A stretch of DNA of 46,356 bases from Neocallimastix sp. 'constans' (taxonomy: Eukaryota). The notes beneath the pieces were generated by a model that was not told the DNA's origin, did not search any database, and was given only the letters and a program-made list of their open reading frames with translations. Shown here one piece after another: positions 29,410 to 40,460 of the stretch. The stretch lies in contig JBODTK010000110.1 in NCBI GenBank assembly GCA_050613775.1, forward strand, positions 496,001 through 542,356, written 5' to 3'. Each line of letters begins with the position of its first letter. The first letter of the stretch is position 1. The translations under genes were made by a program, and so were the position numbers.

Positions 29410-31141
29410 AATAATTCTTAATAAATAAAAAAAAAAAAAACTAATAATTCTTAATAAATAAAAAAAAAAAAAAAACTAATAATTCTTAATAAATAAAAAA
29501 AAAAAAAAACTAATAATTCTTAATAAATAAAAAAAAAAAAAAAAACTAATAATAATTATTATAAAAATATCAATAATAATACAAACCTCACTACTTTTTT
29601 CATTAAACTTATAATATAAAACTAAACCTTCTCTTCTAATTGTTGGTTGTTTAGAACCACAACCATTATGGCCTTGTCTCTTTTCATCATTTTCATTTTC
29701 TATATCATCACTACTTTCACAAGTCGTTTTACCTTTACATAATGACCATACTGCATGAAAACGTTTTTTACCATCTTTAATTTGTCTTGCTTGAAGTAAT
29801 TTGGCATTTGATTCATCCACCTTTAATTTTGAACATTGAAAACATACACATTCTAAAATCTTTTTAATTTTTGGTAAAAAACCTATATTAATTTAATAAT
29901 TAAAAATTAGTATACTAACGATTTAATGATTATATTTATTTTAATAATAATACATATAAATTTAATACTCATATTAGAATATATTTTTTATATAAAATTT
30001 ATAATTTGACTACTCTTTTTTAATAAACTATCTTTTAATTATAAAACTAATGTATATTATTTTTTTATTTATATAATCATTGAAAATTCAATCATTATAA
30101 TAGTCTATTATTATGTTTTATTCCATTTTAATTATTCAAACTTGAAGTACTTATTAAATAAAAATATTTAAAAAAAAATTCATGTGAATTGCATAGATAT
30201 ATTTTTTAATTTTTTTTTTTTAAAAAATAAAAATAAAAAATAAAAAAAAAAAGTTTAAATTAAATTTACTAATATCTTTGATAATAATAATAATAATAAT
30301 ACAATACAAAAATTAATAATATAATCTAATAAACATTTCATTTTTCATAAATTAATTTGTTAATTATTATTTAAAAATATTCCTTTAAAAAAATCTTTTA
30401 TTATAATTATTGATCTTTCATTTTAATATTTAATTATTTTGATTATCTATATTAAATTTCATTTTAAATCCTTAAATGTTTATATATTAATATGAAAAAA
30501 CATAAAATATATTATTTTATAACATATAACTATAATCATATTAAAATATTTGATAATAACAACTCTTTAATAAAAAAAAAAAAAATGATTATTAATTAAA
30601 AATAAGATAAAATAAAATATACCAATATGGAAAACAGGTCTGGCTAATTCTATATGTCCAAAATGTCCTGTACAATTTGTCATATCACAATCACAGGTTT
30701 GACATTTGAAATTTCTATCTATTGTTCCTAATCTTGGATCATTTAAACCTCCAATCTTTGGTTTATCATTTTCCATAGTTTCTGGATATTCAATTTTCGC
30801 AACAGACATTGCTTTCTTTTGTAAAAATATATATATATATAATTACAAAGAAAAAAAATATATATATATTTATATATAATAATAATAATAATAACATTAT
30901 TATTATAAGTATTATTATATTTATTTTATTAATATCTATTTATTGTTCATCTTTTCATCATTAAAATTTATATTCATAATCTAATTTATATTAATCAAAT
31001 TTCTTATTATATATTAAAATAAGTAATAAATTTTCTCTTAAAACTATTATATACCGTTTCTTCAGGGGACAATATACCAAATTGAATATGGTGTATTGTC
31101 CTAAAAGGAGCCGAGGAATATGGAAACCCGTATAAAGACAT
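24649..31141 (-). CDS. RPB1: RNA polymerase II largest subunit, 4 exons, 1728 aa
   Basis: Exons are 31141-31055, 30815-30623, 29882-29587 and 29259-24649, all GT-AG and in phase. Motifs: [12 protein letters not shown]...QFGILSPEE, zinc site CQTC...[16 protein letters not shown], catalytic [12 protein letters not shown], bridge helix [15 protein letters not shown], trigger loop [11 protein letters not shown], and a YSPTSPS CTD. Confidence 0.99.
24715..25206 (-). repeat. RPB1 CTD heptad array (21-bp period, ~23 heptads)
   Basis: First Tyr codon at 25206 and last YSP at 24723, which spans 23 x 21 nt. Confidence 0.95.
29408..29555. repeat. Intronic tandem repeat, ~33-35-bp unit x 4 (RPB1 intron 3)
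   Basis: ctaataattcttaataaat followed by a variable-length poly-A, repeated four times plus a partial copy. Confidence 0.9.
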
Positions 31142-31776
31142 GATGGATTATAAATCAATTATTTACTAATGTATAATATAATATTAAATATTAGAATTTA
31201 TTATATCTATTATAAATATTAAGTATAAAATTTCCTATTAAAGAATATTAATTTATAAAATAAATTATTGAAAATTTTGCTTTAATTTTTTATTAATATA
31301 ATGTAAGAGAATTAAAATTATAAATAAATTTTTATTATAATTTAATTCATTTAAAAATTTTTATAAATTATCTATTTTATTATTATTATATCATCAAATA
31401 ATAATAATAAAAAGATGTTTATATATATATATATAAATTTTTTTATTATTTTATTATAATTTATTTAAATATTCATTTGTTATATATTACTATTAATTTT
31501 CATCTAATAAAAAACAGATATATTTATTTTAAAAGATTAATTTTATATAATCAATTTTTTTTGATGATCTACTTATACTAATCGATTTCATATATGTGTA
31601 ATAAGATAATATTATAAATATTATTACAGCTTTAAATAGATATAAATATAAATATTATTTAATTAACGCTTTTATTAATTAAATAACAATATATAATAAT
31701 TTACAATAAAAAAAATTATAGATTCCAAAAAAATAATAATAATATTACTATTATTATTATTTATTATTAAAAATAG

Positions 31777-31809
<33 letters not shown>

Positions 31810-34179
31810 AAAAAACACCACAACAACAAAAAATTTTATTTTTATACACAAATAAACTTTAAAATTTTCCCTAAATATTAAAAAACTAAGAATTAAAAAA
31901 AAAATTTAGGAATTTCAATTTTTGCTTTTATACTCCAGTAAAATTATTTGATAAGATAGGTTTCAATTTAAAGATATGATTGGTCCAATTTTGTATATAA
32001 ATACATTTACATTAATCTTACATTTATTAATAGAAATTTTGGAAGAAAAATAATACAATTATATTTATTCCCATTAAATATTATTACTAATATATAGATA
32101 TTATATATATAAAAAAAAAATGAACTGTTTTTTTAAATAAATTTTTTTATAATATAGAAATATTATAACAAAATTTATTAAATATTTTTACTATTATGAA
32201 AAAATATTGAATAATTAAATTTATTAAATTTATATAGAAAAATAAATAAAAAAAAATTACTTATATTTTAATAAAACTAAAATTTACTTATAATAAAAGT
32301 ATTTGCTATTATATAAATTTATTACTTTTCCATGTATTACATGTAGAAATAGAATATTTCATATAGGATAGGATATTTTTAATATTGAACCATTATATTG
32401 ACTATAAATTTATTAATAATTTTTATATTTTATTTATACTTTAATTATTTAATTGTTATAATAATAGATATTAAATTTTTTTGCTTGCATATGACCAACA
32501 TGAGATAATTTTGTAATTTCGTATTCTTTTACTTTTTTTTATGATATTTTTAAAACAAAAAAAAAAAAATTCTATAAAATTTTTAAAATTAAATAATAAT
32601 AATAATATATAATAATATTTAACTATATAAAAAAAAATCATCATTTTTCATATTTTATTAATGTCTAAATTAAACTCTATTATATATATTATACTATTAT
32701 TTATATAGAGTTATTTTTTTTTAAAATACATATATGAATATATAATTGAAAATTAACTAAATAAATCTGAGCATAAAAATAAAATTTTGAAAAAGAAATC
32801 CATAATATTAAAATAGAAAGGTATAGAAGATACTAATATTTTTTTTATATAAAAAAAAAACATTTACCTCATTATTTTTAAGACAGTATAATAATTAAAA
32901 TTTTTATCTAAATGAAAGTTGTTTTTTTTTTTTATCTATAAGCAACTACTTATTCTGAGAAAAAAAATTATATATATATATATTAAATTTGTACTAAATT
33001 TACTAAATATAATTTATGCATATTATATGACTTAACCATTATATAATAATCAAATTAATTATAGAATTATTAATATTATATAAACAAAATAAAAATAATA
33101 TGATATTAATATAATCACAGTAAAATAATAAATATATTTAAAGTTTGTACATTACAATAATTTATAATTATTGAATAATATTTAATAAAACAATGGGAGT
33201 GTCAACACTGAAAATGTAGTAAGACAGTCTAGTAAGGCCAATGCCTCTGAAAGAGAAAACCATAATTTCTTTTAGATAGTCAATTCAAACCCTAATCCGA
33301 AATAAGAATTCTCTTAAAACAGAAATCTTATTATCTGGAGGTGAGGCTCGTTGCATATAAATTTTTTAAAACAATGATATATATATATCAGTAAGATCTA
33401 TAAATATTTATTCCTAATGAACCTGAATATTTTTATTTTAGTGTCATACTTCGTAAAAAAAATAAGCTGGTAACAATTTTAGGTTTATTATTACAAAATT
33501 ATATTAATATCATTATATTATATAAATAACCTATCATATATTAAATAAATAATAATTATGAATAAAAGACATAAATAAAAGGTATATTCCAATAAATAAT
33601 CATTATTACTATTATAAACATTTCAAAACAAAAAAAACAAAACAAAAAAACAAAAAAAAGACCCTTTCAATCTTACTTTATTAATTTCATTTATATTAAT
33701 TATCAAAAATTCTCATTATTTTTAAAAAAAAAAAAAAAAAAAGACATTTGAAACATGAATTTTGATATATTAAGTTCTTTTATTTATATTTTTATTAATT
33801 TCATAAATAAGCGAAAAATCTAATTATTACTTGTAATATATTATATATTATATAATTTATTTAATAATGTAATGTAATACAAAAAAAATTATTCTTTATT
33901 TCAAAAATAAATTATAATATATATTTATGTAAAATCACTCTTTACATATATATATAAATAAATAAAAAGACAGTAAATTAAATAAATGAAAATTATTATA
34001 TTTAATTAATAACTTTTTAAAGTTTTTATAATAAAATTATATACTTAATCAATAAAATAAAATAAAAAAAAAATTATGTTTATTTCAATTAATCAAATAT
34101 ACATATATATAATTTTCATAACATATTACTATTTTTTTTTCTACATTATTGGATTAAAACATTGCTATTAAAAAGAATA

Positions 34180-35031
34180 ATGATATCTAATAAAGGTAAA
34201 ATTTTAATATATTAAAAAAATAAATAAAAATAATAATAATAATTAATTACATTAAAGATTTAAATACTATTAAAAAACACCATTATAGCTCTAAACTTTA
34301 TTTAAATTAAATATTAATATAATAATAAATGGAAATATCTTTTTTTTTTTTAAAAAAAAAAAAAATCTATATATAGAAACCACAGATGAATCAGAAATTA
34401 CAATTTCGTATATGGATTTGGAATATGAAGATCATCCAGCTCTTCAAACATTAAGTTGTCCTATTTGTACTTACCCGGCTATGCCAATAGTCGTTCGTTT
34501 ACCATGTGGTCATATTTTCTGTAAAGTTCATATATTAGAATGGCTAAAAACAAATGCAACTTGTCCTATGTGTAAAACAGAATTTGAGAAAAAGGATATT
34601 TTGGAAGATAAAATTATTGAAGAAATTATAAATACTTTAAAAGTTAGTTGTCCTCAAAAAGAATTAGGATGCGATTGGTTAGGAGAAAGAGGAAAATTAT
34701 TAAATCATTTAAAAAATTCATGTCAATATATGACATATAAATGTATATATCCAAAATGTAATTATGTTGGATTAACAAAAGATAAAGAAGAACATGAAAA
34801 AAATTGTGAATGGAAACCTTATACATGTGAGTTAAAAGGTTGTAATTTTAAAGGATATTTAGGTGATAAAGAACATCATGAAAATGTTTGTGAATTGAAA
34901 CTTATTGCATGTCCTAATTATTTAAATGGAAATGGATGTACAATGGATAAAATTATGAGAAAAGACTTTCAAGTATAATATTATATTTATTACTAAATAC
35001 TTATAACAAAAATTAAAAGAAGAAAAAAAGA

Positions 35032-35063
<32 letters not shown>

Positions 35064-35910
35064 AGAAAAAGAAAAATAGAAATTTTATATTATATTCAAA
35101 TATATATATATATTTATTTATTTATAATTTAATTAAGTCAATTAAAATTTAATTAATTAAATTTAAATAAAAACTAAAAGGAACACTTATGGCATTGTAA
35201 ATTTTTTGTGAAAGATTTACCATGGATAATTCAAAAATCTGATGAAATTCAAATACAACTAAAAAATGATTTTACATACTTCGAAGGTATCATTATTATT
35301 TTCAATCATTTTACATTATATATTAAAAAAAAATAGAAATAAAATATAAAAAATAAATATAAATAGTGAATAAATAAAAAATTAACGAAAAATCGAAATT
35401 AGAAAATCGAAATAGTAATAAAATAGTGAAATAAAAAAAATTACAAACAAAAACGAAAATAAAAAAATAAAAAAAAAAAAAAAAAAAGCTGTTATAAAAG
35501 ATATTAAGTTTCATTAAAATTATCTTTTTAAAAAAAAAAAATAAAAAAAAATAAAAATAAAAATAAAAATAAAAATATTAAATACCAACAGATCAAACAA
35601 AAAAATCTTATGAACAATTAAAAAAATTAGAAGGTAATAATATTATAATTATTAAAACCTAAAAATAAACAAGGTCTATTATTTCAACTAAATATATTTA
35701 TATATATATAATAAAAGATATTGTAAAAACTATTGAAGGTAAAATATACAATTAATATAAATAAATATATTAGAAATATAAGTAATATAGAAATATACTA
35801 TATTATTTATGAGTTTATTTTATTATATTCAATACTAATATTATTATCATAAAACTTTAATTATTATTTTGACATTTTTCAGATGATTTAGAAAGTGGTA
35901 CATATTATTT

Positions 35911-35949
<39 letters not shown>

Positions 35950-36493
35950 TAATTATTTATTAAAGTTATATAAAATAATAAATAAAAATTTTTAACGATT
36001 TTTATTATACATATATATACAGATTTAACAACTTCAAAAGACTCAATTATGTCTATATTATTAGATTTCCACTGGAATCCAAATGACAAAAATTCATCTT
36101 TGAAACTTTCAAGTAATAATTTGATTGTAAAATATAAAAAGCATAGCACACTTGGGTGTTCATGGTCATCTATTAGAAGTACTGTTCCAATACCAACTTA
36201 TATTCCAGCCTTTTACTATGAAATTAAAATATTAAATTTTGACGAAGACTGGTATTCATATAATTAAAAGTTATTTTTTAATATTGACTTTTTTTAGAAA
36301 TAAAAAAAATATTTATATATATATATATATATTATTAACTATAATCATTATCAACAGGAGATACTCAACTTCAATTGGTATAAGTACTAAACAAGCACCT
36401 TTAAATCAAAATATCCCACCTGGTATAAAACAATATTTAGTTATCTATTAACTCAAATTAAAATACTTAATATTTCTTAATAATAATAATATC

Positions 36494-36539
<46 letters not shown>

Positions 36540-37248
36540 TTAAGGTTCAAAAAAAATGTGGTGTTATTTCAATAATGGATCAATAAATATTAATGGTAAA
36601 ACAAAGAATTATGGATCAAACGTTAATATTAATGATACTATTGGTTGTTGTTTAATATTCAAATCGCGTACATTATTCTTTACAAAGAATGGAGAGATAT
36701 TAGGTATTGCATCAAAAAAAATCCCAATTGATATTCCTCTCTATCCAACAGTTGGTATGTATAATAATTCAGTTATTGAAACAAATTTTGGCCAAAAAGA
36801 TTTCATGTTTGACTTTTTAGGTTTTATTAATGTATTATTATAATTCAATTTTCAAATTAATACAACTTTAATAAATTTATAAAAAAATAATAATAATAAT
36901 AATAATAATAATAATTAATAAATTAATATAAATATATAAATATATTAATATTGACATTAATCATAGGATTTAGAAAATAATGAGAAAGAATTAAATAAGA
37001 TGCCAAGAAGAGTTATCAATGAATCAGGTGATGAATATGAATATGAATCATATTCAGAAGAAGACGAATATAGTGAAGAACCGTCTAATAGAGGTTCTGA
37101 AGACAGCTCTTTTTCAGAATCCTCAATTACAATGTCTGAAAATTCAAGTGATGATGAATCAATTATATCTGAAATTGAACATGCTCGTAGCACTTTTTCT
37201 GTTATTAATTCTGATATGACTAGATTGCTTTCAGAATTATTTAATTAA
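34180..37248 (+). CDS. Putative E3 ubiquitin ligase: RING + TRAF-type zinc fingers + coiled coil + SPRY + acidic tail, 10 exons, ~552 aa
   Basis: Exons are 34180-34195, 34377-34972, 35181-35286, 35592-35633, 35718-35738, 35883-35897, 36023-36251, 36358-36422, 36545-36831 and 36967-37248. All introns are GT-AG and the joined 1659 nt stay in frame. RING: CPIC..LPCGHIFCKVH..CPMC. TRAF fingers: LKVSCPQKELGCDWLGERGKLLNHLKNSC, C.YPKC...EHEKNC. SPRY: WNPND...LSSNNL...SIRSTVPIP..FYYEIKI...SIGI...DTIGCCL...LFFTKNG..LG...LYPTVG...NFGQKDFMFD. Confidence 0.88.
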
Positions 37249-37853
37249 ATTTTAAATTATTTATTTTAAACAAAAAATATAATTAAAACAAATATCTTTT
37301 AAAATTAGATACATACTATTAAAGAAATAATAAATTAAATAAAAATTTAATGAAAAAAAAAAATAAAATAAAAAATAAAATTAAAAATAAAAATAGGATA
37401 ATCATATATATTATATTATTTTAACTATTAATAATATTTTTATTTTAATTTATTTTGAATTGTTAACATTTATTTTAATTACAATTAATAAAAATTGTTA
37501 TTATATCAAGTGAAAAAGTGTAATACTTAATAATAATAAGAGTAAAGAATATTTATAAAGTAATGATGTATTTTTAAAATTTACTATTCTATTTTATTGT
37601 ATTGTTTTGTATTCAATCTGTACTTTATATCTAATATTCTACTATTTATTTTATTTTATTTTACTCAATCTGTACTTTATATTTAATATTCTACTATTTA
37701 TTTTATTGTATTCAACATATACATTTATTATCAAACTAATATATTATCATAATATCAGCTCATAAACACACACATAACACATATATATTTTAACAATAAA
37801 CTAGTTCAATATTATTCATATGATGATATTTGTTTGTGATATATGGTTTATGC

Positions 37854-37964
37854 TAATCCTAGCTAGTTTGAATAATTAAGCTAGTTAAACTATTAATATG
37901 CCAAATATGCTTTGATTAAATTAACCAATATATGCTTAGTTAATACAATAACTAGCTAGGATTA
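37854..37964. repeat. Inverted repeat / hairpin (perfect 15-bp arms, imperfect to ~28 bp)
   Basis: taatcctagctagtt (37854-37868) is the exact reverse complement of aactagctaggatta (37950-37964). Confidence 0.8.
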
Positions 37965-38217
37965 CAATACAGTTATATATGCTCAATTTAAGGCATCTAA
38001 ATATCAGCATGTATTGATAGTTGATATATATTAACTAACTATAATAATAATATCAATAATATAACATAGATATATGTGCAAACTAATAATAATATATATC
38101 ATTAGTATAGCTAATAATAATATATATATGATATATAAACTAATATCATCGATATATGATATAGCTAATATTATGGATATATTCATAGTATAATATATTA
38201 GTATAATATATTAAAGA

Positions 38218-38220
38218 AAT

Positions 38221-38255
<35 letters not shown>

Positions 38256-38326
38256 TTTTATTTATTTATTTATTTTATTTATTTATTTATTTGTTTGTTT
38301 GTTTGTTTGTTTGTTTATTTATTTAT
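38218..38326. repeat. (ATTT)n/(GTTT)n compound microsatellite
   Basis: Seen directly. Confidence 0.9.
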
Positions 38327-38475
38327 ATTTATAAATAAATAAAAATGACAAATATTTTGTAATTATTAAAATTTTTCTAATTATTTTATTTAAAAAAAAA
38401 AGGAAAAAGAAAAAAAGACCTAAACATGACATAAAATAAAATTTTTAATAAAGGTCTAAAAAGTTTTAATTCTAA

Positions 38476-38519
<44 letters not shown>

Positions 38520-38699
38520 AAAATAATAGTATATTAATTAATATATTTATAACAATTTTTTTAATCTTTTTTTTTTTTTTATTCATTTTAATTTAAAGAA
38601 GCTAATATAAAAACAAACAAATTCTTTTTTTTTTTTTTTTTTTTTTTTTAATATTATCAAAAAAAATTTTTTAATAATTAATTTAAAAACAAAAGTGAT

Positions 38700-39645
38700 C
38701 AAAAATAAAGTTATCTAATGAAATTATAGAACTTAACTATGCCATAAAAATTATAAATATTGGATAAAGTAAAAAAAAAAAAAAAAAAAAAAATTTAAAC
38801 AATTCCAATGAAACAAATATTATTTTAAATGTTAATGAAAAAAGATAAAAATAGATATTTTCCTCTTTTAAAACTACTTTGACGGGAAATAATGAAATAA
38901 TTAAGTTATTAATAAATTATTCCATTGAAAACAATGTTAATTTAAATATAAATAATAAAAATATATATGGAAGTTCTCCATTTTTAATTTCCTGCTCAAA
39001 ATATAGTTATGATATATTTAAATTTTTCATAGATTATGCCTATAAACATAATGTTACTTTAGATATCAACAAAAAAGGTACCAACGGCTTTTCACCATTA
39101 TTATATGTTCTTGGTGAATAAAGAGAAAGTCAAATTAATAATAGATTATGCTAATAAAAATAATATTGTTTTAGAATTAAATGAAAAAGCATATAATGGT
39201 TGGACTCTATATATGCCGTTAAAGTAGCTAGTATTGAAGAAATTAAATTATTAATCAATTACTAAAATAAAAATAATATTTTTTTGAAATTGCGTTAAGA
39301 AAAAATGAATAAAATTATAGAATTGAAGATGCCCTTTATAAAAAAGACTTTGAAATTGTTGAATTAGTAATGGATTATATCAATAAAAATTATATTATTT
39401 TAAATATTAATGAACTATGTGATCTACTTTATATTGCTACTTATTATCAAAATGACCCTAAAATGGTTAAACTATTAATAGATTATGCTAACAGAAATAG
39501 TATTTTGTTGGAAATAAATGGAGGACAGGGAATTGGTTTCCACTTTTTTGTGGTACTTCTTATAATAATATTGAAAGTGCAATTATGAATAGATAGTGAT
39601 GAATTATATGGAAATAATAAAAAATTTATCAAAATTTATAGGTAT
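38700..39645 (+). pseudogene. Ankyrin-repeat protein pseudogene
   Basis: Repeated units NNEIIKLLINYSIENNVNLNINNKNIYGSSPFL, IDYAYKHNVTLDINKKGTNGFSPLL, IDYANKNNIVLELNEK and MVKLLIDYANRNSILLEIN, broken by several frameshifts and stops. Confidence 0.8.
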
Positions 39646-40245
39646 TTGTTCATTTTTTATTTCATGTTTTAAAATTAATTTGAATTTTGATTAGAAATGA
39701 CATTGATGTGTAAAAGTTTTTTTTTTTTTTTTTTTAAATAAACTTTTTTATTATTTGTAGTAATCTTAAAATTTCAAACAGTTTTTATTTTATTTTAAAA
39801 GGAGACATTTTATTTAAACATTACATGAACAATAAATTTATATATAATAAATTTATATAATACATATATATAAAATACAATGTATGAGTTTATCAAACCA
39901 CTAATATTTTTACATTTATTATGACTATAATAATATAATAAATATTAATTAATATAAGTATTTTATGAACTTTATTTCTAACAAACTTCTTATAAAAAAT
40001 ATAAAATAAAGTTTACATAAATTTCCGAAATATATATATACATTTTTTTATAATAATCTAAAATTGACTTTTATATAAAGCTTATATAGCAAATTATATT
40101 TATAAATATCTCAATTTTAATAATTAGTAGTTATAGAATTAAATAAAAAAGTAATAGTGAATTGAATTTTATACCACATTAAAAATAATGATATTAAAAT
40201 TTAAAATTATTATTCAATTATGTAAAAAAAAAAAAAAAAAAAAAA

Positions 40246-40460
40246 ATGAGTGGAAAAAAATCAATTTATTGATATCTTTCTAAAAAAGTGACTTCAGAAT
40301 ATTTAAATTAGTAACGGATTAAATCAATACAAATAAGATCTTTTTGAATAATAGTGGTAATATACATTATCATGTCATAAATTATAAAAAAAATACTTGA
40401 AATAGTTAAATTATTAATGAATTATACTGACTGAAGAAGCATTTTAATGATGAAATGGTC
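40246..40460 (+). pseudogene. Second, more decayed ankyrin-repeat remnant
   Basis: Fragment aataatagtggtaat...cttgaaatagttaaattattaatgaattat reads NNSGN...LEIVKLLMNY. Confidence 0.45.

Noticed and set aside
31979..31992. Palindromic double CCAAT (attggtccaat) upstream of RPB1
   Set aside because: A plausible promoter element, but it cannot be supported without TSS or conservation data
35774..35781. Extra microexon AG|AAATATAA|GT in the E3 gene
   Set aside because: 8 nt long; it would shift the frame and introduce a stop
34644..37219. ORFs 34644-34826, 35323-35514, 35910-36149, 36957-37193 and 37019-37219
   Set aside because: Antisense or off-frame overlaps of the RING-SPRY gene and its introns
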